Of a stretch of DNA of 64,000 nt, positions 19,697 through 31,300 are shown piece after piece. This stretch comes from an uncultured Verrucomicrobiae bacterium (lineage in GTDB: Bacteria > Verrucomicrobiota > Verrucomicrobiia > Limisphaerales > JAFGQR01): assembly GCA_963788655.1 (NCBI GenBank), contig CAWBHS010000076.1:64001-128000 (forward strand). The letters are read 5' to 3'. Numbering within the stretch: the first letter of the stretch is position 1; each line of letters opens with the position of its first letter. A program made the position numbers and the translations under genes. The notes under the pieces are model-generated. The model was given only the letters and a program-made list of their open reading frames with translations, did no database searches and was not told where the DNA came from.

Positions 19697-20649
19697 AACG
19701 TGAACGCATGATCATCGCCGGGGGCAGTGGTTTTCTCGGCCACGTTTTGCGGACCTACTTTCTCCAACGCGGATTTGAAGTGCTGGTGCTGACCCGCTCG
19801 GCGGGCAACGGGCCGGGCAATAATCGGAGCCGCGATTGCTACTGGGATGGTCGGACGTTGGGCGAATGGGCGCAGAAACTTAAAGGCGCTGACGTGCTCA
19901 TCAATCTCGCCGGGCGTTCCGTGAACTGCCGCTATCACGCGCGCAACCGCCAACTCATGATGGATTCGCGCGTCCATTCGACGCGGGTGCTCGGCGAAGC
20001 GATTGCCCGTTGCGAGTGTCCACCACGCGTGTGGCTCAACTCCAGCACCGCCACCATTTATCGGCACACCCTCGGTCCGGCCTGGGATGAGGCGGGCGAA
20101 ATCGGATCAACACCTGAGGCGAAGGACGCGTTTTCCGTTGAAGTAGCGACCGCGTGGGAACGGGTATTCCACGAAGCCGTCACGCCGGGCACCCGGAAGG
20201 TCCAGTTGCGTTCGGCCATGGTGCTGGGGCTCGGATTGAACAGCGTCTTTCCCATGCTGCAACGACTCGTGCGGTTCGGGCTGGGCGGAATGATGGGCAG
20301 CGGCCGGCAGTTCGTTTCGTGGATTCACCAAACAGATTTCTGCCGCGCGGTCGAATTTCTCATTCGGGGGGAGGAGTTCAGCGGGCCAGTGAATCTCGCG
20401 TCGCCTAATCCGCTGCCAAACGTGGAAATGATGCGCATTCTGCGTGAGGTGTGTGGAGTGCCGTTCGGCTTGCCGGCCCCAGAGTGGATGCTGGAGATCG
20501 GCGCCTTCCTGCTGCGCACCGAAACTGAACTGATCATCAAAAGCCGGCGCGTCGTGCCCGGAAAGTTGCTGGCGGCTGACTTCGAATTTCAATTCCCATA
20601 CCTTCGCGATGCCTTCGAGAATTTGTGCGCTCTTGAGAAGAAGCAGTAA
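19693..20649 (+). CDS. TIGR01777-family NAD-dependent epimerase/oxidoreductase
   Basis: AGGSGFLG, INLAGRSV, SRVHST, GSGRQFVSWIH, SRRVVP; ATGA overlap with the desaturase. Confidence 0.92.
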   Translation: MKRERMIIAGGSGFLGHVLRTYFLQRGFEVLVLTRSAGNGPGNNRSRDCYWDGRTLGEWAQKLKGADVLINLAGRSVNCRYHARNRQLMMDSRVHSTRVLGEAIARCECPPRVWLNSSTATIYRHTLGPAWDEAGEIGSTPEAKDAFSVEVATAWERVFHEAVTPGTRKVQLRSAMVLGLGLNSVFPMLQRLVRFGLGGMMGSGRQFVSWIHQTDFCRAVEFLIRGEEFSGPVNLASPNPLPNVEMMRILREVCGVPFGLPAPEWMLEIGAFLLRTETELIIKSRRVVPGKLLAADFEFQFPYLRDAFENLCALEKKQ

Positions 20650-20731
20650 GCCGTGAGCCGTGAACTTTGAAGCCGGTATTTGAATTGACCACGGATCGCG
20701 GATTACGTGGATAGCAAGCCATTCACATTAA

Positions 20732-21340
20732 TCACCATTGATTCTTTGGATCGTACGGCCCTTCGCATAGGCTTTCCCGCACCGGGCGACGACCGGTGGG
20801 CGTTTCGCGCTCCTGCAATTCCGGCGGCAGCTCGGCGGGATTGCCCGGTCGGCCGAGGGCGAACATGGCGGCCACGGCAAAATGGTCCGGCACGTGCAGG
20901 TCCGTTCGGGCCTTCTCGAAATCGAATCCAGCCATTCCGTGGGCCACAAGACCCATGGATGTCGCTTGCAAGGCCAGATTCTCCCAGGCCGAGCCAGCAT
21001 CGTACAAATGGACCGGATTCGGTTTGCCATTGCGCGTGAACACTTTGCGCGCCAGCACGACTACCAGCACCGCGGCACGCTGGCACCAGACCTGGTTGGC
21101 TTCCATGAGCAGACCGAAAAACAGCGGCCATTGCGGCGTGTCGCGCCGCGCGTAAAGAAAGCGCCACTCCTGTTCGTTGTAGGTCGAAGGCGCCCAGCGG
21201 GCCGCCTCGAACAAGGTCAGCAATTCCTCCTCGCTCAACGGTTCGCCGCTCATCGCCCTGGGGGACCAGCGCCGCAGGAAGATCGGCTCAATTGCATGAT
21301 CAGTCTTCCGTGCCGCTGGTTGATTGGTTGGATTGTTCAT
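20732..21340 (-). CDS. Nitroreductase family protein
   Basis: RRWSPRAM, EAARWAPSTYNEQEWRF, YDAGSAWENLALQA, HGMAGFD. Confidence 0.92.
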   Translation of the reverse strand: MNNPTNQPAARKTDHAIEPIFLRRWSPRAMSGEPLSEEELLTLFEAARWAPSTYNEQEWRFLYARRDTPQWPLFFGLLMEANQVWCQRAAVLVVVLARKVFTRNGKPNPVHLYDAGSAWENLALQATSMGLVAHGMAGFDFEKARTDLHVPDHFAVAAMFALGRPGNPAELPPELQERETPTGRRPVRESLCEGPYDPKNQW

Positions 21341-21515
21341 AGGTATGTGTATGTCGATTCTTCAATAACATCGTCGCGTTTGCTCCTTCGTTCCGGACCG
21401 TGAACGCGGCTGATTACTGTAACCTGTTTCTCGACTGTGGCCAAGGCGGCCAGTGTGGCGGCGGTTTGGGCGACGCGGGCCGGGAGGGCAGAGCGGGCAG
21501 CGGCTCGGCGCGGGC

Positions 21516-21729
21516 AGTCCCGTCAGGGACCAATGAGAATAGCCCAGCATTTCAATGCTGGGTTGGCGAATTGGAAATTTCGATGAGTCCCGGAGGGACG
21601 TTAGAGATGCCCGCGGCAGTGGTAACCGTGGCAAAGAATTTCTTTCGTCCCTCCGGGATTCGTTGCGTTTTGGGCGGAAGCTACCCTCCGTTCAAATGGT
21701 GGGCTATTAGCGGTCGTCCCGCTGGGACT
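21516..21729. repeat. ~210-bp imperfect palindromic (REP-like composite) element
   Basis: Nested inverted pairs AGTCCCGTCAGGGAC/GTCCCGCTGGGACT, AATAGCCC/GGGCTATT, AGTCCCGGAGGGACG/CGTCCCTCCGGGATT. Confidence 0.75.
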
Positions 21730-21793
21730 CGAACTACCATCGCGCAAAGCAATTGGCGGTTGTTCCCATCGCGCGATATCTGCCTCGCAATCC

Positions 21794-24529
21794 TCAGTCT
21801 GTCTCCGCCAACAGCGTCAGCCAGAATGGATTCCCGGACGTGCCGTCAGGAGGCGGGTTAGCCAGGAAGATTTTGGAGCCGAGGTGTTCACCGAGCTGGC
21901 GGTAACTTTCCCATTGGGCCTCGTCGAAGAACTGGTCCGCCGTGCTCTGATGGGGGAAGTCAGGATTCTCCAGCATGTAGTTGCGGACGTTCGGCGGTTC
22001 ATCGCCCAGCAAGGTTGCCTTCACGTAGAGCAGCACCGAGCTCGTGTCTGTATCCGGGTAGTTGATGCGGAACAACGCGGCGCATTTCTTGGCCGGCTCA
22101 GTGATCCGACCGTCGGCGTCGCGGGTGGGCGTCATCTCATCAAACGTCCCGCCGTGCGGTCCCGGCACGGCCAATTGGTCGCGCACCGGACGGAAATACT
22201 CGCGCCATTGCTGTTTGGCATCCTTGCTTGCACCGGGGCGGGTGGTGGCCAGGCGGTCCACGGCGTCGTTCCATTCCTGGTCGGTGAACAGGTCCAGTTG
22301 CGCCTGGAAATCGATCCGCACTTTGCGCTGGAAGTTGGCGAAGTCGTCGAAGTCGTAATCACTGTCCGCGCCCGCATCGATGACGATCATGTACGGGACG
22401 CGGCGTCGCACCAGTTCGTAGGCGCCCAGGTTTTCGAAATGCCCGCCATCGGACAAATACCACAAGCGCGACCACGGCCCGGGAAAGCGCGCCAAGGCTT
22501 CGTCGAGCAGGCAACTTTGCGTGGGAAAAATGTGCGGCAGGAGCCACAGCAGCCGCCGCGAGAACGAGACGTGCGGCCGCATTCCGCGATCGGCGGCGCT
22601 CAGTCCGGTATCCCACCAGTAACCGGTGCGCAAGCCGCTCATAGTAAACAAAAAGGAGAGCGCCAGGCTGGTGTGCTGGCCCATGCCGGAACCGAAAGCC
22701 GCCCCCGAGATGGCCATCCACCGCCGCAGCGGCATGCTTTCGAGCCGCTCTTGCGTACCGCACCACGACGGGCGGACCGGCGGCGGATTGCCGCGGATGT
22801 CCAGCAACGGATGGGCAGTGCCGGGCACTTGGCCGACCGCGAATTGCGGCGCGTCCCACAGCCCGTGCCAATACCGTCCGATGCTCAGGCCGAGCGGACT
22901 GACGGCGAGGATGTTTCCCAAACGGTCGCGCGATTCGCGCAAGGTCAATTGGTCCACGGTCTCGTTTACGCAAGTTCCCAAAAGGTGCAACGGCCCGCCC
23001 GCCTTGAACGGTTGGTAGGCGGTCAGCGAATCGGTGTCGTCTCCGGGCATGACCTGGTCGATGTCGCGTCCCATGCGGTTGCGACTGGCCTGGCGCAACG
23101 GGTTCGACGCGCCGAGGTAAGCCCCCGCCAGGCGCGCCGCGTACGTTTGGTTAAGCGACGAACGATTGATGAACGGCAGCGACACGGGAAAGGCGAACAG
23201 GATCGAAAGAAACAAACCGCCGAGCACGAGCATCTCTCCGCGACGCGGCGTGTCGCCTCCGCCAAAGGTGGCATGACTCAGCAGGCACACCACGACGGTG
23301 GGTGGGGCAATCAACATCACCGCCACCAACGCGTTCACGGCCGGCAGGGAAAGCCAGCGCGTCAACGAGCTGGGATTTTTGTTTTTGGACTGCCATTGCG
23401 AAACCATCCTGGCGGTGAACTGCAACACGGGTAACAAACCCACCAGGACCGCACCCACCTGGGCCAGCGCGGCGAGGTAAGATTGGTTGTGGCGCAGGTA
23501 GGCTTCGTACACGGCGTGAGCCGCCGTGTCCACGAACGCAAATCCCAACAAGCTAAGGCCCAGGGCCAGCCACAATCCCAGGTCCAACGTTAGAATTGCC
23601 CGCGCGCGCAAGCGTTCGATCGAGTCGCCGCCGGTGCCGACGGCCGCATTCTGCAGCCGCACTTGCCACCAGGCGTGCTCGACAAAGAGGAACGATGCCA
23701 ACAACGGAACTGCCGCCAGCGCGGTGGTAGTGTTCCACCCGTTGCGCACCGTCAGCGAGAGCAGAACGGTGAGCACGAAAAAAGTGGCGCCCAGGATGGC
23801 GCAGTTGTAGCGCTCGGGCCAGCGCGGCGAAACGAGCCAATAGCCGATGCCGCGCGGAATAATGAACACCAGCAACACCAATTCGAACAGCATGAACCAC
23901 GGGCTCCAAAACGCTCCCAAGCCGCCGGCTTCCACCAAGTGCCCCAAGGGCATGTCTGCCCAATCGAGTCCGCCAATGTACGGAAACACCGCGGAGACTT
24001 TTTCCAACAGATCGTAACGAAGCGTGTTGGCCACCCCAAACGCCACGAACGCGATCAAGCCCACCACCAAGTGCAACGTCAAAAAATTCCGGAAGAAGAT
24101 CCCCAGGTTGGTGTGCAGGTCGCTCTTGCCGTTGGGGGCGATGTAGTTCCCGTGCCGCCGCAACCAGGTGATTTCCGGCGACTGCGGGTCCACTAATGCG
24201 CCTTCCACCAAGTCCGCCGGCGGAACCGGCGAGCCGCGGAGCCGGTCGAAGAATCGTCCCAGGAAGCAGCCGATGTAGCCGCCGCCGGAGATGGTCGAGA
24301 GCACGTCAACACGCCGAAGCAAGTGATGCTTCGCCAGCGCCTGCAACATCCCCAGGTTGAACGTCGCGCTGCGAATGCCTCCGCCGGATAGTCCCAGTCC
24401 CAGGGTGTCTTTCGGTAACTGACCATCGGCGGCATCTCCGACCGGCAGCCCACAAGTGGTCCGCCGCTCGTGAATGGCGGCGCTCTCCGCGCGGCGGAGT
24501 TCCGACGGGTAAATTTGGAAAGGTTCCAT
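21794..24529 (-). CDS. Large polytopic patatin/cPLA2-like phospholipase
   Basis: GLSGGGIRSA oxyanion motif, STISGGG nucleophile elbow, LSDGGHFENLG catalytic Asp, many TM helices between them, FPHQSTADQFFDEAQWESYR C-terminus. Confidence 0.88.
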   Translation of the reverse strand: MEPFQIYPSELRRAESAAIHERRTTCGLPVGDAADGQLPKDTLGLGLSGGGIRSATFNLGMLQALAKHHLLRRVDVLSTISGGGYIGCFLGRFFDRLRGSPVPPADLVEGALVDPQSPEITWLRRHGNYIAPNGKSDLHTNLGIFFRNFLTLHLVVGLIAFVAFGVANTLRYDLLEKVSAVFPYIGGLDWADMPLGHLVEAGGLGAFWSPWFMLFELVLLVFIIPRGIGYWLVSPRWPERYNCAILGATFFVLTVLLSLTVRNGWNTTTALAAVPLLASFLFVEHAWWQVRLQNAAVGTGGDSIERLRARAILTLDLGLWLALGLSLLGFAFVDTAAHAVYEAYLRHNQSYLAALAQVGAVLVGLLPVLQFTARMVSQWQSKNKNPSSLTRWLSLPAVNALVAVMLIAPPTVVVCLLSHATFGGGDTPRRGEMLVLGGLFLSILFAFPVSLPFINRSSLNQTYAARLAGAYLGASNPLRQASRNRMGRDIDQVMPGDDTDSLTAYQPFKAGGPLHLLGTCVNETVDQLTLRESRDRLGNILAVSPLGLSIGRYWHGLWDAPQFAVGQVPGTAHPLLDIRGNPPPVRPSWCGTQERLESMPLRRWMAISGAAFGSGMGQHTSLALSFLFTMSGLRTGYWWDTGLSAADRGMRPHVSFSRRLLWLLPHIFPTQSCLLDEALARFPGPWSRLWYLSDGGHFENLGAYELVRRRVPYMIVIDAGADSDYDFDDFANFQRKVRIDFQAQLDLFTDQEWNDAVDRLATTRPGASKDAKQQWREYFRPVRDQLAVPGPHGGTFDEMTPTRDADGRITEPAKKCAALFRINYPDTDTSSVLLYVKATLLGDEPPNVRNYMLENPDFPHQSTADQFFDEAQWESYRQLGEHLGSKIFLANPPPDGTSGNPFWLTLLAETD

Positions 24530-24548
24530 AATCGAAGTGAATTGATTT

Positions 24549-26548
24549 TTACTGCCGCCAGGCCGCCTGGATCGTGTCCGCCGCTTTTTCGCTGGCCATG
24601 TAAATGTCCGTCACGATGAAGTAACCGGGAATGCGCCAGAAGATCGAAGCATCCACCACGCGCAAGCCCGCCACCGGTTTGCGGCGACCATTTTCGTCCG
24701 GTTGGTCCAGCACCCGGAACTGGCTGTCCAATACCGCGGACGGATCGCCCGCCCGGCCCATCCGGCAAGTGCCGCAAGCGTGATGCCCCCAGGCTTCACG
24801 CTTGATCCATGCTTTAACCTCGGCGTCGGATTGGCAACTGGCGCCGGGATGGTCTTCGTTTTTCAAGCCGGCGCAATGGGCGATCTTGCGGACGAATTTC
24901 ACCCCCTCGATCAGGGCCTCCAAATCCGGGTCGTCGTCGGTGCAATCCGGGCGCGACACTTCCTGAAAATAGTGAAAGTTGATTTCCGGGCGATCGCGGG
25001 GATCGGTCCGTTTTGAGTCGTCACTTGGCCGTCGCGATTGGCGGTGTGTGATTTCAAAATGGCCCAGGTGAACAGATCACGTTCCGGCACCCGGGAGTAG
25101 CCGCGGAAGTAGCCGTAGAACTTCAACGGAATGCCGAAGATGAAGAGGTTGGGCTGGGGCACATCCGGGCGCGAACGCTTGAGGATCGCCAGGACGGCGC
25201 CGTTGCTGGCGTACAGTCCACTGCCGTCCTGACGCCACCGGGTCATTGGTTCGTCGGGCTGACCGTTCGCGGTGGGCATCGCGAGCGTGGCGCCATGCAA
25301 TAACTCGAAGTTCTCCGGCATTTTGCTGACAACCGTGACTTCGTAGCGATCCTGGAGGTTCCGTCCCACGCCCGGCGAAGGCACCAGACATTGGATGCCG
25401 AGGTCTTCGAGGTGTTGCTTCGGCCCGATGCCGGAGAGCATCAGCAATTGCGGTGTGTTGAACGCGCCGCCGGACAGGACCACCTCGCGACGGGCGTGAA
25501 CGCGACCGGCGGTTCCGTCCTGCGTCGAAGGATTGGGCACCGCTCGGTAGAGCTTGTCCCCAAGGCGGTATTCGACACCCGTCGCCCGCCATCCGCCTTG
25601 GCCATCAGCGTCGAGCAAGACTTTCGTGACCAAACAATCAGAAACGATCGTCAGCCGTTCCGGGTAGGTGCGCTGCACCGCTTGCAACCGCTCACGCGGA
25701 CTCGAACGGTGACCGCGCCTCGCCGTGTCATCTGTCTTTGGGCCGCAAATAGCCGTTGGAATCAAAGCGACGCCTGCGGGACGTTGTGCCTGCCGGCGCG
25801 CGTGGTTTGGGTCCAGTTCCTCAAAACCTTCGCCGGCCAGAATTCGTTTGATCAAACGTTTGGGTGGAGCTTCCAGTCCGGTCAAAACCGCGGCAGCGAC
25901 CGCGCCAAACAACATCCCGAGAAGCTGCTTGTCTCCCAATCCAATGCTCAGGTCCACGGTGCTCGTGTGCAGCCATCCGCCAAAGCCGTGACGCCCGCGC
26001 GTGGGATCGACTTCCCGGCCGAAGAGCCAACGCACGTGTTCGAGAGCTTTCTTCCAGGGCGTGGTGGGGCGCGGTTCGGGCAACGGGAGGAATTCGCAGT
26101 GCTCGATCTTTTCGAAGTAAGTCCGCATCGTGTCCGCCCGCCACGAACCATCCCCGAGGAACCACGCCAGTTCGTCCCAATCCGAATCGGGCCCGGCGAT
26201 GGTGATCATGGCGTTGTGGACCGTGCAGCCGCCGATGCCCGTGGCGCGCGGGTAAAAAATCCCCTGCTCTTGCTGGTCCCATTTCGGGTCCGGCGATTTC
26301 GGCTGGTCGTAGTGTTTGACGAAGAATTGCCAGCTTATCTCCGGATTCTCCGAGGCCGGTCCGTGCAAGACGGGGACCTGGGTAATCTCCTCTTCCTTGA
26401 ATTGGCCCGGCCCCGCTTCAAGCACCAACACATGCCATCCGTTCTCGGCCAATCGCGCTGCCAGCGGAGCTCCGCCGGCGCCCGATCCCACGATGATGAT
26501 ATCATACGGGCTGTCCTCGGGAGAGGTGGTCTTGGCGATGGTAGCCAT
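24549..26548 (-). CDS. GMC-family FAD oxidoreductase (frameshifted near 25.0 kb)
   Basis: YDIIIVGSGAGG, GGCTVHNAMI, GGAFNTPQLLMLSGIG, PGVGRNLQD, WGHHACGTCRMG, LRVVDAS. Confidence 0.9.
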
Positions 26549-26638
26549 AATTGATTCGTTACCTGGGGAGCGCGCCCGCCTCGGGCGCAGTGGTTGGCGC
26601 CTCGCCAACCAGCTCTGCCCCGCGGGCACGAACTCGTT

Positions 26639-29569
26639 TTAGAACGTTTTCATTAATTCGATGAGCGCTTCCTTGTCGTCGTCGCTCAAGTCCCGGAACC
26701 AGGGAAAATAGTGTCCCTTGTCCATGACAAAATCAGGACACTTGCTGACGCGCAGGAGCGCGGGAGCGATCTCCGTCCGAAGCACCTCCAATTTATCCTG
26801 GTCCTGCAAATGCCGGGTCTCGATTTCTGCCAGGGCATTCAGGGTCGTTTTGAGCGTCCGCTTCAGATGTCTGGTGCCGGCATCGGGATTGATGTTGGCC
26901 AGCAAGTCCACCGGCGTGCCGGCCGGAATGGGGCCCAGCCGCAAGTCACCCAGACCGCCCGCGAGGAAATAGATGAACAGTCCGAGCACCAACGCCAGAG
27001 CCAGTGACGCGTAGCCCGCCAACCGCTCAAGCCGGCCCGCGCGATTGGCCCCGCGGCTGACCAACAACAGCACGAGCGCCGCTACCAGCAGGACAATGCT
27101 GGGCACGGCCTTCCATTTTCCCCAGCTTTCGAGGACATCGGCCAGTTTGTCGAGCGCCGACGGCCAGGGAAGCCGGCGCGCGAAAGCCGGCACGTGTTTG
27201 GCGGGAATGATGATGTAGGTTTCGCAAGGCGTTCGCCAAATCAGGCCGTGATCGCGCGCCAATTGTTCGGCCGATGCGTAATTCGTGTTCTGCGCGCGCT
27301 GATCCAGCCAGAGCAGTTTGTGAACGGCATCGTCGAACGCAGCCAATCGTCCTTTCACCGACGGATCGTTGTTGAACAAACCCAGACTGTTATTGTGCAG
27401 AAAGGGCGCCGTCGCCCAAATCGACATCAACGACGCCGGCCGGTAGAAACCGGGTCCGCCGCCGCCGGGTGGACCGCCGTTCAAAGTGCGGTGCCGGGGC
27501 GTGAAGAAGTCGTCTTCTCCGTTCGGGCCTTTGTAAGGATTGAAGAACGGGATGGAACCAATTGAGGCCATGCCCTTGTAACTTGCCGAGGAAAAGTCTT
27601 CCCATAGATGGCCGCTCGTCCCGTTGTTGGCCATCGCGCGTTTCGGATTGGTGCCGACGTAGTTCACCGGCACGCGAAAGTCCGTGGAGAGAAAGTTTAA
27701 GCGCCAGAACTCAGGCAGCTCGACGATTTGCGTTGCCCAAGCAGCGTAATCGTCGCGCCGCAGCCATTGGCCGGGATCGTGATCCCACAATTCGCCCCGT
27801 TGCTCGCACTCAACGATGCTCTTCTTGCGGTCGGCAATCAGCGCCGCGTTGGTCTGCAGGTAGGCCTCCAAGTCAGCCTCTTTTTGCACCAGAAGGCGGG
27901 GATTCGTTTCGGGTTGAACGCTCGAATGGCAAACGATGCAGTTCCGGGCAAACACCCGCCGTCCGCGCGCCAGTTTATCGATGTGAATTCGTTTCTCAAC
28001 GTCGTCCGGTCCCCGCGCATCGAGCAACGGCATGCTGGGCGTGATCTTCAGAAAGTAATCGCGCAAAGCGCCAACGCGCAGTTGCGTAGCCCGCCAATAA
28101 AGCGAGTGTTCCCGGCAATCCTTGATGGTGAAGGGCAACTGGGTCCGGACGCGTTGCTCGGCGTTGGTCGCAGCTTTGGGCGGCAGGAAACCAATCAGCG
28201 GTTCGTGCAGCCGAATCCATTGCTCCGAGTAAGTGCCGATGTTCAGATACACCCGCGCCAATGCTCCCCAAACGCCAATCGAATCCGCGCCATCCAAAAG
28301 CACCCGCGGCACCCAGCGCGGATTCTTGTTGGAATCTTTCAGTTCCGGAATCAGGTTTGTGTACATCGCCGGCGGATCATTTGTTGGATCCCACCACAAT
28401 GAAGGCAGGTTCGTACTGTCGCCGGCCAGTTGTTCGCGCGGATTTTGAAACGAGCGCAAGATACGTTGCGGCACGCCAAAGATGGCGTTCATCGTGTTCG
28501 GATTGTTGATATTGTCGCTGGCGATGAGGGAGGTGTCGATGGTTCCCGGTGGCTGGCTGTCGAGCACGTGATAGACAAAATTATTGGTCGGCAGCAGGTT
28601 GCCGAAGATCGCGCGGATACGGAGGTATTGGCTGCCAATCGAGCCGGATAAGTTTTCCCAGCGCGGATTGGCTGGGTCTTGCGGCGGATTGAGCGGATGC
28701 GCGCTGGCATGGCAAAAGGCGCAACTCATCCCCACGCGAAACGGCCGGACCAGCTTGGGATCGCTGTAATAGCTTGAGTCCCGATAATATTTGCGCGCAT
28801 CCCATTGCTGCTGGGCGCGGGCATCGAAGTTCGGATTGGGAAACAGCCGGAGTCCGATGACCCCGCTGGACAAACCGTAGATGCGCCATGGAGGAACATT
28901 CGAATAGGCGCCGGTTTCGCCGTAAGGATCGTTTTGGTATTGCGCTGTGGCGGGGTCACCCGAAAAGACCTCCTTTAGCACTTTCCGCCGGTATTCACGT
29001 TCAGTCTCACCGACCGGTTGATCCAGCCAGAGGCCAAACTCGCCATCGGCGGGCTTAACGGTCTCGCGCATTTCCGGTTCGTTGACCATCCCGGCATTGT
29101 GCCAGCGCTGGCCGCGTTTCCGGCTGTCCAACAGTTTGAGCAGGTCCATGAAACCCAGACTGTGATCCGCCAGCCAATCCCAAAAGGCCTCATTGCCCCC
29201 GCACCAAATCATCCAGGTATTCCGGCCCAGCACCTCGCTGGGAGTTGCCACCGGATCCATCAGCACGCGGGCGCCGCGCTGCGGATGCAGGTCGAGCAAT
29301 GGGTCCGGCCAGGTTTCAAGCAGGTTCGTCGAGGTGCTGCCCGCGGGCGCGCTGATCACATCCATGCCCCGGAAGTAATTGACGATGAGTTGGGGATAGA
29401 ATTCGCGAGCGGCTTGATCCGGGGTCTTACCGGCGGCCTTGGCGGCGGCCATGGCTTCGTCGTCGGGTACCCCGCTGGAAGAATAATCGGCGGCAGACAA
29501 CGTTGCGGCCCACGTCAGGACGCCGAATAAACCCAGGCGGCACAGGCTGGTCAAGTTCATAAGAATCAT
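26639..29569 (-). CDS. Exported di-heme c-type cytochrome, RoxA/cytochrome-c-peroxidase-like
   Basis: Signal peptide; two heme motifs CAFCH and CIVCH; YRPASLMSIWATAPFLHNNS motif; C-terminal LSDDDKEALIELMKTF. Confidence 0.8.
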   Translation of the reverse strand: MILMNLTSLCRLGLFGVLTWAATLSAADYSSSGVPDDEAMAAAKAAGKTPDQAAREFYPQLIVNYFRGMDVISAPAGSTSTNLLETWPDPLLDLHPQRGARVLMDPVATPSEVLGRNTWMIWCGGNEAFWDWLADHSLGFMDLLKLLDSRKRGQRWHNAGMVNEPEMRETVKPADGEFGLWLDQPVGETEREYRRKVLKEVFSGDPATAQYQNDPYGETGAYSNVPPWRIYGLSSGVIGLRLFPNPNFDARAQQQWDARKYYRDSSYYSDPKLVRPFRVGMSCAFCHASAHPLNPPQDPANPRWENLSGSIGSQYLRIRAIFGNLLPTNNFVYHVLDSQPPGTIDTSLIASDNINNPNTMNAIFGVPQRILRSFQNPREQLAGDSTNLPSLWWDPTNDPPAMYTNLIPELKDSNKNPRWVPRVLLDGADSIGVWGALARVYLNIGTYSEQWIRLHEPLIGFLPPKAATNAEQRVRTQLPFTIKDCREHSLYWRATQLRVGALRDYFLKITPSMPLLDARGPDDVEKRIHIDKLARGRRVFARNCIVCHSSVQPETNPRLLVQKEADLEAYLQTNAALIADRKKSIVECEQRGELWDHDPGQWLRRDDYAAWATQIVELPEFWRLNFLSTDFRVPVNYVGTNPKRAMANNGTSGHLWEDFSSASYKGMASIGSIPFFNPYKGPNGEDDFFTPRHRTLNGGPPGGGGPGFYRPASLMSIWATAPFLHNNSLGLFNNDPSVKGRLAAFDDAVHKLLWLDQRAQNTNYASAEQLARDHGLIWRTPCETYIIIPAKHVPAFARRLPWPSALDKLADVLESWGKWKAVPSIVLLVAALVLLLVSRGANRAGRLERLAGYASLALALVLGLFIYFLAGGLGDLRLGPIPAGTPVDLLANINPDAGTRHLKRTLKTTLNALAEIETRHLQDQDKLEVLRTEIAPALLRVSKCPDFVMDKGHYFPWFRDLSDDDKEALIELMKTF

Positions 29570-29895
29570 TCAACTTCACCGAACCGCCGCCGGCAATTCA
29601 CAATCAGGCCAGAGCGGTCCTTGCTACCTAGCTGATGCACTTCATAAACGAACGTGATCCTTGATACAGCCTGCCTGCCCGCTGGTCAAGCCCAGTCACA
29701 CTATTTCGTGCATTTCCAAACATTGAGTCCGGGAATGGGTTAAAACTCCGCTCAGGGTACTGGAACGGCTGAAAACGTGGACTGCTCCCACGGTCCGCCT
29801 CACGGACTGTCTTCGAACCAGCGTCGCGGCCGGAGCGCCCTCCCGCTTGCCGCACCGTCCCAGACCCGTGACGCTAACTGCGGCGCAATCTTTCA

Positions 29896-31296
<1,401 letters not shown>

Positions 31297-31300
31297 GCAA

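Noticed and set aside
21884..23434. Long antisense ORFs (also 33822-35495, 49617-51491, 500-1684)
   Set aside because: Typical stop-poor shadows of real genes in high-GC DNA.
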